Shown one piece after another: positions 55,665-63,240 of a stretch of 63,254 nt of DNA (position 1 is its first letter; the number at the start of each line of letters is the position of its first letter). This DNA is from Cellvibrionaceae bacterium. Its GTDB lineage: Bacteria > Chloroflexota > Anaerolineae > Promineifilales > Promineifilaceae. The stretch is from contig JBLIMP010000001.1 of NCBI GenBank assembly GCA_047638855.1, forward strand, positions 1 through 63,254. Direction: 5' to 3'. The position numbers and the translations under genes were made by a program. The notes beneath the pieces were generated by a model, which saw only the letters and a list, made by a program, of their open reading frames with translations, ran no database searches and was not told the origin of the DNA.

Positions 55665-56879
55665 CTAAAAAAGTTGCTCCCCACTCTCTAAATATTTTTC
55701 ACAAACAGATTCGTTAAGCGTCAGTCCCAAACCGGGTTCATCGTTCAAAACGATATGCCCATCTTCAAATAGAGGTAATCCACCTCGATCAGCAATCTGT
55801 CCGATCCATGGGGCATTGTGCCAATGGTATTCGAGCCCGATAAAGTTGGGGCTGGCGGCCGCCACATGGGCACAAGCGATGACGCCCAACGCACAGCTAT
55901 TGTTGTGCAGCGCCATCGGCAAATAGTTAAGATCAGCGTAATCAGCGATTTTGCGCGTCTCAAACAATCCACCTGAAAAAAGAATGTCGGGATGGATCAT
56001 GTCGCAAGCACCACGATCGATAAAAAGGCGAAATTGTTCGGCCACAAAGGTTTCGCCAAGGCAAATCGGGATCGGGCTTTTTTCTCGAATGGCCACGCAG
56101 GCATCAGGGTTGGTGACAGGCGTTGGGTCTTCAAACCATTTTAGATTTAGGTGAGCCAACGCTCGGGCCAAACGAATCGATGACGGGACATCATATTGCA
56201 TGTGCCCATCAATGGAGATTTCCATATCTGGGCCAACGGCATTGCGCACGGCCGTCAAGCGTTCAACGATTTTGTTGATTTGGGGCAACGTTAAACTTTT
56301 GTTCCAAGGATCGTTGGGATAGTCAGTTGCGGCATAATCGATGTCAAACTTGATGTCGGTAAAACCTTGTTCCTGCGCATCGAGAGCAAGCTTGCGCCAC
56401 GCCTCTAAATCATTGAGGTCGGCCGGACTGCTACGATCAAGATAAACGAGCAAACGATCTCGATACTTTCCGCCAAGCAGGTTGTAAACGGGGGTGTTGA
56501 GCGCCTTGCCGACCAGATCGCACAGAGCCATCTCAACCCCACTTACCGCCCAGACGACCGGTCCAAACGGAGTGGCACTGGCTGATTGACTCGGTTCATG
56601 CGGCGGAAGGCCTCCGTAAAGCATGGCTGTAACAAACGGCCGGATGGTAAAAGGATCTTTACCGATTAAATATTCCTTCATTTTGCCCATAATCAATTGG
56701 CGAACGCCTAAGGTTTGATTTTGGAAATGGGCCGCTTCACCCAAGCCGTACAGCCCTGAGTCGGTGTCGATCCGCACCAGTAAAATATGCCAATCCCGTC
56801 CTTGCCCGCCGATGCCATGTGCATCTGGGCCAACCATCGCCATGGTGCGTACATTAGTTATTTTCATCAGCTTGTCCAT
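55665..56879 (-). CDS. enolase-superfamily enzyme (mandelate racemase/muconate lactonizing family)
   Basis: MKITNV... capping domain and barrel ligand pattern (IDGHM, WFEDP, GET); 404 aa. An alternative start is at 56867. Confidence 0.85.
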   Translation of the reverse strand: MDKLMKITNVRTMAMVGPDAHGIGGQGRDWHILLVRIDTDSGLYGLGEAAHFQNQTLGVRQLIMGKMKEYLIGKDPFTIRPFVTAMLYGGLPPHEPSQSASATPFGPVVWAVSGVEMALCDLVGKALNTPVYNLLGGKYRDRLLVYLDRSSPADLNDLEAWRKLALDAQEQGFTDIKFDIDYAATDYPNDPWNKSLTLPQINKIVERLTAVRNAVGPDMEISIDGHMQYDVPSSIRLARALAHLNLKWFEDPTPVTNPDACVAIREKSPIPICLGETFVAEQFRLFIDRGACDMIHPDILFSGGLFETRKIADYADLNYLPMALHNNSCALGVIACAHVAAASPNFIGLEYHWHNAPWIGQIADRGGLPLFEDGHIVLNDEPGLGLTLNESVCEKYLESGEQLF

Positions 56880-57201
56880 TTATATTTGCCGGTTCGATGC
56901 GTTCGAGCAAGAAGAAGACCGGCCGGAACCCGTCCGTACAATTGGTTACAAAAACCCCTGGTTTAACCCCCAACATATTGCCACCACGGGCTAGCACCAT
57001 CACATATTTCTGAATGTCGGTCCAAGCCCAATCACTAAACCCTTCAGGCATATGGCCGTCTGAAATAAAGCTGTGCCCCACAGGGAAACTGTGACAACAT
57101 CCCTCCGGTTTCCATGCAACCCCTTCAGTGTAGGCGTCAGCAAAATCTTGATTAAACGTTTTCTTTAACACGGTAATGCGCACTTGATAAGGGGTTAACA
57201 T
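56854..57201 (-). CDS. TIGR04076-like small Cys-containing protein
   Basis: The pattern VRITVLKKTFNQDFADAY...MPEGFSDWAWTDI...TNCTDGFRPVFFLLERIE matches my memory of TIGR04076 family proteins. Its 3' end overlaps the downstream enolase gene start by 14-26 nt. Confidence 0.55.
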   Translation of the reverse strand: MLTPYQVRITVLKKTFNQDFADAYTEGVAWKPEGCCHSFPVGHSFISDGHMPEGFSDWAWTDIQKYVMVLARGGNMLGVKPGVFVTNCTDGFRPVFFLLERIEPANINGQADENN

Positions 57202-57245
57202 TTTGCTCTTCTCCTTTTCCTTTCCTTTCTTTTCAGCCTGCTCAG

Positions 57246-58133
57246 TTATCCGTAATCGATTTTCAAGGTGTAGCGTGGGTCTTCATGTAAGGCCCAATAG
57301 CCATCTTGAAATTTCTGCGTCATTGGCCCTATCATGCCCGAACCGATCAATTGATCATCGATTTTTGTGATCGGCATAATGCCTCCGGCCGTGCTTGTGA
57401 TAAATACCTCGTCAGCATTGCGAATCTCATCAGCCGACAAGTCACCTTCTACAATTTTGGTACCAAAATCGGCCGCCAAACCGATTGTCGTTTGTCTTGT
57501 AATTCCTTGTAGAATGCCTGTAGCTGGGGTTGTGATTATTTCCCCTTTGACCGAGAAGATATTAAAGCCTGGCCCCTCTTTCAAATACCCGTATTGGTCA
57601 ACAAGTGCGGCCGTTTCACCCCCTCGATCATATGCTTCAAACTGCCCCATCACCAAGTCGAGCCAATGATAGTTTTTTACGGTAGGATCAATTGACTCGG
57701 GAGCGATACGTTGCTGTTTACTGATGATCATGTGCAGCCCAGTTTCCGGTTTAGTCACCCAAATAAACGGAACCGCAAAAGCATAAAATCGATTGGCGCA
57801 TGTTCTGGGATCTCGTGATCCGGGTGCTGGTAGCCCTCGGGTCACAATCATTTCGACGTAGGCATCACGCAGGCCGGTTTTCTTCACACAATCGGTCAAA
57901 ATCGCAGATAATTCTTGGCGGTTGTAGGGAATTGACATCCGTAATACTTCCATCCCAGCAAAGAAACGATCAAAATGATCGTCAAGCCGAAAAAAGCGTC
58001 CCTTCCAAACATGCGAAACATCATAAGTCGCATCTGAATGGAGAAAGCCCCAATCAAGGAGCGAGATTTTCGCCTCTGTAATTGGAACGAATTTTTCGTC
58101 AATAAAGGCTGTTCCCCTGGAATAATCAGGCAT
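57246..58133 (-). CDS. class IV aminotransferase (branched-chain/D-amino-acid type)
   Basis: The N-terminal FIDEKFVPITEAKISLLDWGFLHSDATYDV pattern and a length of 295 aa are typical of fold-type IV PLP enzymes. Confidence 0.8.
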   Translation of the reverse strand: MPDYSRGTAFIDEKFVPITEAKISLLDWGFLHSDATYDVSHVWKGRFFRLDDHFDRFFAGMEVLRMSIPYNRQELSAILTDCVKKTGLRDAYVEMIVTRGLPAPGSRDPRTCANRFYAFAVPFIWVTKPETGLHMIISKQQRIAPESIDPTVKNYHWLDLVMGQFEAYDRGGETAALVDQYGYLKEGPGFNIFSVKGEIITTPATGILQGITRQTTIGLAADFGTKIVEGDLSADEIRNADEVFITSTAGGIMPITKIDDQLIGSGMIGPMTQKFQDGYWALHEDPRYTLKIDYG

Positions 58134-58209
58134 GTTTTCTTTTCCTTAAAGAGTGCTTGATAAATAGCATTAGTATAGATTTTTCCCAGACGGACATATT
58201 GTCGTAAGG

Positions 58210-58270
58210 GCGGAAGGGGTCGGGAAATACCCTCTCTCTTCGGAGCCAAGATGGTTCCGACCCCTTCCGC
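58210..58270. other. GC-rich long hairpin (14-bp perfect stem, 33-nt loop)
   Basis: GCGGAAGGGGTCGG ... CCGACCCCTTCCGC. It shares the GGGGTCGG core and the loop length with the 60253 hairpin. Confidence 0.8.
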
Positions 58271-58287
58271 ACCTACTAAATTTCAGG

Positions 58288-59124
58288 TCAACCCCAACGA
58301 GATGGGCTTAAACCGGCCGCACCATCTGCCATCACGGCCGGTTTATTGGCGACATTAAAATCAGCTTTGCGAATGTTTCGGTCGATAAAGTACGGCCGGA
58401 TGTTATCTGGTAAGGTGGCGATTTTAGCCTCGTCCCACTGAGCCACTTTTGGCAAGATGGGCCCCCCCCAAGCTGGTCGGTAAGCGATGGCCAGCATGCG
58501 CCGATCATAACCGCCTACATTTGGGAAATTTCCGTGGAAGACTTTGTGATTGAGCAAAAGGGCTGATCCGGCCGAAGCGGTCACCATCACCTCTTCAGGG
58601 TGGCTGGCATAGCGTTTATATGGATTCGCATCAGCGTTTAGCGAAAGATGAGAGCGGGGAACCACTTTGAATGGAGAGACTTCAGGGGTTAGGTCATCTA
58701 AATAGTAGAGGACTCGAATGATGATTGGGCAACTGCCTTCATAGCCAAATATCTCTGAACCATACGGCTGGCCGTCGGTGTGTAAACTTATCCCAGGATG
58801 GCCAGGTTCTGAGACCGCATAGGCATAGGTCATGAAGACAAGTTCATCGTTCAAAAGCTCTTTAACAAAATTTATTACGGGTGGATGATCGATTAATTGA
58901 GTAGCGGCACCCCCGCTAAACTGCATATTGCCACGGGTGCGCTGATGCACGCTGTAATCCATTGGGGTCGTTTCTAAATCGGCCGTTTCAGCCCTTAGCT
59001 GTGTCAGCAGTTCGGCCGGTAGAACATCTGGCAAAACCAGATACCCATCCACTTCTAAACTGCGGATCTGCTCCCCACGTGTCAATTTTGACCAATCTTG
59101 ATTGTCAATTTGTTTGTTATCCAT
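58288..59124 (-). CDS. PhyH-family Fe(II)/2-oxoglutarate dioxygenase
   Basis: HTDG (HxD) plus a later VFHGNF His; LVLPDVL N-terminal pattern; 278 aa. Confidence 0.7.
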   Translation of the reverse strand: MDNKQIDNQDWSKLTRGEQIRSLEVDGYLVLPDVLPAELLTQLRAETADLETTPMDYSVHQRTRGNMQFSGGAATQLIDHPPVINFVKELLNDELVFMTYAYAVSEPGHPGISLHTDGQPYGSEIFGYEGSCPIIIRVLYYLDDLTPEVSPFKVVPRSHLSLNADANPYKRYASHPEEVMVTASAGSALLLNHKVFHGNFPNVGGYDRRMLAIAYRPAWGGPILPKVAQWDEAKIATLPDNIRPYFIDRNIRKADFNVANKPAVMADGAAGLSPSRWG

Positions 59125-59198
59125 TTGTTGAAACCTTCGGTTTTTTAGCCGTCAGCTATCAGCTATTAGCCAAAAGCTGGGAACTGACGGCTGTTAGC
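59125..59198. repeat. TAGC/AGCT-word spacer with a 9-bp hairpin AGCCGTCAG/CTGACGGCT
   Basis: TTAGCCGTCAGCTATCAGCTATTAGCCAAAAGCTGGGAACTGACGGCTGTTAGC. The stem is 59147-59155 paired with 59184-59192. Confidence 0.8.
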
Positions 59199-60200
59199 TT
59201 AAGTAAGGGGGAACAGTTGCTTGGCGTTGTTGTAAAAGATGTCTTCAATTTGACTGTCTTTTAATTTGAGCCGTTGACACGCTAGACGAATGCTCCGAAT
59301 CGACTCTAAGCCAACCAAGACCGGTTTCAGGGTCGTATGTTTTTCGCCTAAATCCATATCGTTCGCATAAAACCAGTGGAACGAGTCGCCAATAGCGATA
59401 CACCGGCCGCGAATGTGGCTGACATGAAAATCGGTTCCATACATCAATTTGTGATGCCCCATCGTTTCAATAATCGCTTCAAATGCTCCTGCTTCGGTCA
59501 CGGCAGAACTATCAAACCAGACGTTTTCTAACCCTTTTAGGCTGTGAATCCCTTCGATCGTATGCCACGGGTTAAAGCCACGGGCGGCATGGGCCAAAAT
59601 CAACTGCATCTTGGGATAGGTTTCGCAGTAGCGTCGGATCGTCGCTTGATTAATCGGGTCAGCCAATGCCCGATCTCGCACCATGTGGAGCGTAATCGTT
59701 AAACCTAGCTCATGGGCTACCTGAATGTGCTTCTCTGGCAAGTAGGCTTCGATGGGTGCATCCCATGTGGGGCCATCCATGACCGCCATCGTGTGATAGC
59801 ACTTTAAGCCGACCATGCCTAAGCGTTTGACTTCACTTGCCACATATTCAGCCGTCATATCGGGTGAGATCAGCATTTGGCCAAAACAATTTTCGCCGAG
59901 GGGCCCGCTGACTTCGGCCGCAATATATTCGTTATTGCCAACGCGATCTCCGTTCATAGCCAGGCCAAAAAACAGCCCCCCTTTGGTACGCCCTTTTGGA
60001 TGAATCCATTCGCTGTAATCATAAAATTCTGCCAACCCTTGCGGATTGGGGGTGTCGGCAAAGCCAGCCAAGTCTCCTTTCGGAAAATGGCTGTGCAAAA
60101 ACAAGTGGGCGTGTGAATCAAAAATTTTGTCAGGTAAAAACGGCTCCACCTCACGCTCCACCATCAGTCGATCTTCGTCTGTAAATTTCCAGCTAACCAT
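59199..60200 (-). CDS. Amidohydro_2 family protein
   Basis: IFDSHAHLF N-terminal metal motif, ILAHA and a late GTDFH motif; 333 aa. Confidence 0.7.
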   Translation of the reverse strand: MVSWKFTDEDRLMVEREVEPFLPDKIFDSHAHLFLHSHFPKGDLAGFADTPNPQGLAEFYDYSEWIHPKGRTKGGLFFGLAMNGDRVGNNEYIAAEVSGPLGENCFGQMLISPDMTAEYVASEVKRLGMVGLKCYHTMAVMDGPTWDAPIEAYLPEKHIQVAHELGLTITLHMVRDRALADPINQATIRRYCETYPKMQLILAHAARGFNPWHTIEGIHSLKGLENVWFDSSAVTEAGAFEAIIETMGHHKLMYGTDFHVSHIRGRCIAIGDSFHWFYANDMDLGEKHTTLKPVLVGLESIRSIRLACQRLKLKDSQIEDIFYNNAKQLFPLT

Positions 60201-60252
60201 TGTTTTTCCTTTTATCCTTTTTTAAATTATTCAACAGGTACTAAAAATTCGC

Positions 60253-60327
60253 CGTAGGGGTCGGCGCCGCCGGAGCGGATGTTTGATCGTAGAACGACAC
60301 TCTAGACCGGCGGCGTCGGCCCCTACG
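60253..60327. other. GC-rich long hairpin (21-bp stem, 33-nt loop) in an AT-rich spacer
   Basis: CGTAGGGGTCGGCGCCGCCGG ... CCGGCGGCGTCGGCCCCTACG. There are 19 Watson-Crick pairs plus 2 positions that are G-T on the plus strand and A-C on the minus strand. Confidence 0.8.
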
Positions 60328-60355
60328 CAAGGTGCTGAACAATTACCTTTTTTTA

Positions 60356-61387
60356 TTAATCCCGCCAATCAAAAATGACACCCAACATCGATTTTTCTCG
60401 ATGATAGGCCATCTCATACGCTTTCACGATCTCAGAATAATGGAAGCGATGTGTAACCAATCGTTTGGGTTCAAGTTTGCCGTCAGCCATCAGCGACAAC
60501 ACGTGAGCGGCCGCACGGTCGGCCGTAAATCGATTTTGCATATCGTGCGGTGTGCTGCCTGCATCAGGGAATAGATATCCGGCTGGTCCTGAAACGGCAT
60601 GTAGTGAAATCCCTTTGATATAAAAAGCGTCCATCGCCAACGGATTAAAGTCGAGCGGTGCTTCGCCCCGGCCGGTTAGGGCCACGATAGACACCCGGCC
60701 GTGCGGCCGGACAATATCAAGGGCTGTGCGAAAAGCGGGCCATGGATTGGCGGTTAAAATCACTAAATCGATGCCGTGTCCATCGGTAAACTCATCAAGC
60801 TTCGCTTTTAAATCGGGATCACCCGAAAGCATCCCCGCGTGAGCACCCATCTTTTCAGCCATTTCGAGCCGAACAGGGCTGTTGGCTATAGCAACGACCC
60901 GGCCGCCAAATAGCGGACCCAATGCAATTGCTCCTAGCCCCAAAACACCAACTCCCACTACTGCAACATTTTCACCTGGCTGAAAAAAAGCTTTGCGATA
61001 ACAGTGGGAGCTTAAGGCGTACAAATGGGCGTAGACTGCGTCTTCGTAATCAACCCCTTTTGGCACTTTGACCAGGCTGGCCGATTCTTTGGTGATGTAT
61101 TCTGACTGATGGGGCTGACGGGTGACAACTACGTCTCCGACTTTGACACGGCTCACTCCACTGCCAATCCCTCGCACAATACCTAGATTGCTATCACCAA
61201 CCCAGCGGGGATAACCAGGCGCACCAGGAACATCTTCCGCCCCTTCATAGTTGCCACGGTCAGTCCCGATTTTAAAGGCGCTAATTTGGGTTTCAATCCA
61301 AATGTCATCGGCCGCCAGCGAGCCAGTATCCAGCTCTTGATCTTCGATACGCAGGTCACGTGGCCCATAAAGGATGGGAATTTTCAT
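60356..61387 (-). CDS. medium-chain dehydrogenase/reductase (zinc-ADH-like) oxidoreductase
   Basis: GroES-like N-terminal domain and a VAVVGVGVLG Rossmann motif. The classical Zn ligands are not obvious. Confidence 0.7.
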   Translation of the reverse strand: MKIPILYGPRDLRIEDQELDTGSLAADDIWIETQISAFKIGTDRGNYEGAEDVPGAPGYPRWVGDSNLGIVRGIGSGVSRVKVGDVVVTRQPHQSEYITKESASLVKVPKGVDYEDAVYAHLYALSSHCYRKAFFQPGENVAVVGVGVLGLGAIALGPLFGGRVVAIANSPVRLEMAEKMGAHAGMLSGDPDLKAKLDEFTDGHGIDLVILTANPWPAFRTALDIVRPHGRVSIVALTGRGEAPLDFNPLAMDAFYIKGISLHAVSGPAGYLFPDAGSTPHDMQNRFTADRAAAHVLSLMADGKLEPKRLVTHRFHYSEIVKAYEMAYHREKSMLGVIFDWRD

Positions 61388-61468
61388 GGCTACTCCTATT
61401 TTTAATGGTCAACTTCAAAGAATTAAGTGATCAGTTAGAGCGTGCCTAAGTTGAGGAATTAACCCAAC

Positions 61469-61495
61469 TGGTTCACTTGAAGTACCAGTATGCCA
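61469..61495 (+). promoter_or_regulatory. 27-nt conserved box, candidate GntR operator (site 2, upstream of the first gene of the cluster)
   Basis: TGGTTCACTTGAAGTACCAGTATGCCA lies 82-108 nt upstream of the MDR oxidoreductase start at 61387. Confidence 0.45.
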
Positions 61496-61508
61496 CCCAG
61501 TATGCCAC
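61485..61508 (+). repeat. 12-nt tandem duplication CCAGTATGCCAC x2, overlapping box site 2
   Basis: Read directly: CCAGTATGCCAC at 61485-61496 and again at 61497-61508. Confidence 0.9.
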
Positions 61509-61569
61509 ACTGAAGGGAAGCCGTCAAAATAGGGTTACTTGAGAGATTCATGCAGACGTTAAGATAGAT

Positions 61570-61674
61570 AAGGCCAACCCCGAAAAATAATTATCTAGCA
61601 AACTAGGTCAGGGGTTGGCTGTGAGGCGATTTTGTTGATGCAATTGCATGTTTTATTCTCGGAAATCGCCTCAC
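61570..61674 (+). repeat. copy B of a two-hairpin intergenic repeat (most intact copy)
   Basis: Hairpin 1 is GCCAACCCC/GGGGTTGGC (9 bp, 29-nt loop). Hairpin 2 is GTGAGGCGATTT/AAATCGCCTCAC (12 bp), with a loop containing the perfect palindrome ATGCAATTGCAT. Confidence 0.85.
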
Positions 61675-61797
61675 TAGAACGAGGATAAGCCCAACGCAAA
61701 TTCCGGTTTTAGGCGTTATGTTTGGAGAGAAGCATATGGCTGGAAATTATCACGAGAAGGGATTAGTCTAATGTGTGATCAAGGTCAAGCTGCCTTG

Positions 61798-63240
61798 TCA
61801 CGATGAGAAGCCGAGAAGGCTAGGAGGTTGCCAGCCCCCATATTTTGATTCTAAATATTCAAGTACCCCCAGCACAACATCCTCGCGCCATGCGTTCGCA
61901 GCAACCTGGATACCCAACGGTAGCCCCTCCGTTGACGTGCCGGTGCGGACTGTGCCACACGGCCAGCCGGTTAGATTAAATGGCACTACATAGCTGAACA
62001 TAGGGTCAAAACCAGCATAAGCAGGATCAAGCATCGTTTCCCCATGTGCCACGGCCGCTACCGGTGCTACAGGGCAGATAATCACATCATAATCAGCCAT
62101 GAAGACCGACATTCGTTGCCGGAATTGATCAAGTTTATAGAGCCAGCCGCCAAATTCACCAGCCGTGAGTTGATGTTGCTGTTGGGCCGCTTGCGCCCGT
62201 TTTGTGTATCGATGCGCTTCAGCGGTGCCCCAACTTTTGAGTAGTTCTCCAAGTCCAACACCGCCATCGGCCGAGAGCAAGTGAACGTAAATCTCGTGTG
62301 CCTCATGAATCATGGATGGGCGGATGTGTGAAACAGTTGCCCCCGCCTGCGCCAGCGTATCTGCGCACTGAGCCACCATACCCCCGATTTCTGAAGTAGG
62401 GGAGACGACCCCATTATCTGCAAAGAAAGCGACACGTAGGCTCGCTAAATCGACATTTCCAAGTTGAGGAAAGGCGACAGGAACGCTGGACGGATCGCGC
62501 GGATCGGGGCCACAGATGAGAGGGAGGGCGAGTGACAGATCGGCCGCTGAACGGGCCATGAGGCTCATTTGCCAGAAGGGATTGATAAAGCCCCCAGGTG
62601 GCGGCATATGGCCGATTTTGGCCGTGCGCCCTGTCGTCGGTTTGATACCGGCGATCCCGCAGCAATGGGACGGCCAGCGAACACTGCCGCCACCGTCTGT
62701 CGCCAGGCCAAGGGGTGAGCCACCTGCTGCAATGAGAGCCGCCTCACCCCCGCTGCTACCCCCGCAAGTACGGGAAAGATCGTATGGATTATTGGTCCGG
62801 CCGTAAAGCAGGTTGTCCGTTTCATAGCCTAGTCCAACTTCAGGCAGATTGGTTTTGCCGAGTAAAATACCGCCAGCGGCCCGGATGCGCGCAACAACAA
62901 TTGCATCTTCTGCGGGTATATTCTGCGCAAGCCCCGTGCTACCACAGCCGCAAACGACACCTTGGGTCTCGATATTGTCTTTGACAGTAAAGGGGACACC
63001 GTGTAGCGGTCCAACCTTTTTCCCTTTGGCTATGTCCGCATCGGCCGCATCTGCTTGGGCCAGCGCTTTGACAGCGGCCGATTGGACCAAGGCATTAATG
63101 GCGGGGTTGACAGCGTTGATTTGACCTATGTGTGCTTGTACAACTTCTCTAGCCGAGACGGTTTTATCTTGAATGGCAGCGGCCAATGTACGAGCGGAAG
63201 CGAATGTAAGTTGTTCCATTGGATTGTTATACCTCTTCAA
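61798..63240 (-). CDS. amidase (amidase-signature family, GatA-like)
   Basis: GGSSGG signature with a conserved upstream K and a Ser-cisSer context; 480 aa. Confidence 0.9.
   Translation of the reverse strand: MKRYNNPMEQLTFASARTLAAAIQDKTVSAREVVQAHIGQINAVNPAINALVQSAAVKALAQADAADADIAKGKKVGPLHGVPFTVKDNIETQGVVCGCGSTGLAQNIPAEDAIVVARIRAAGGILLGKTNLPEVGLGYETDNLLYGRTNNPYDLSRTCGGSSGGEAALIAAGGSPLGLATDGGGSVRWPSHCCGIAGIKPTTGRTAKIGHMPPPGGFINPFWQMSLMARSAADLSLALPLICGPDPRDPSSVPVAFPQLGNVDLASLRVAFFADNGVVSPTSEIGGMVAQCADTLAQAGATVSHIRPSMIHEAHEIYVHLLSADGGVGLGELLKSWGTAEAHRYTKRAQAAQQQHQLTAGEFGGWLYKLDQFRQRMSVFMADYDVIICPVAPVAAVAHGETMLDPAYAGFDPMFSYVVPFNLTGWPCGTVRTGTSTEGLPLGIQVAANAWREDVVLGVLEYLESKYGGWQPPSLLGFSS

Noticed and set aside
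58210-60327. GC-rich hairpins interpreted as integron attC sites flanking a gene cassette.
   Set aside because: There is no intI gene or attI. There are no RYYYAAC/GTTRRRY core sites at the hairpin ends. The flanked unit contains two genes inside a long co-directional operon.
32342-61674. The 29-kb repeat-bracketed cluster as a recently acquired genomic island or composite transposon.
   Set aside because: There is no transposase, integrase or recombinase gene and no obvious direct target duplications. The genome-signature palindrome CGGCCG is as dense inside (about 104 in 28.7 kb) as in the rest of the window. An old or non-autonomous element, or an invertible segment, remains possible and is reported as a finding.
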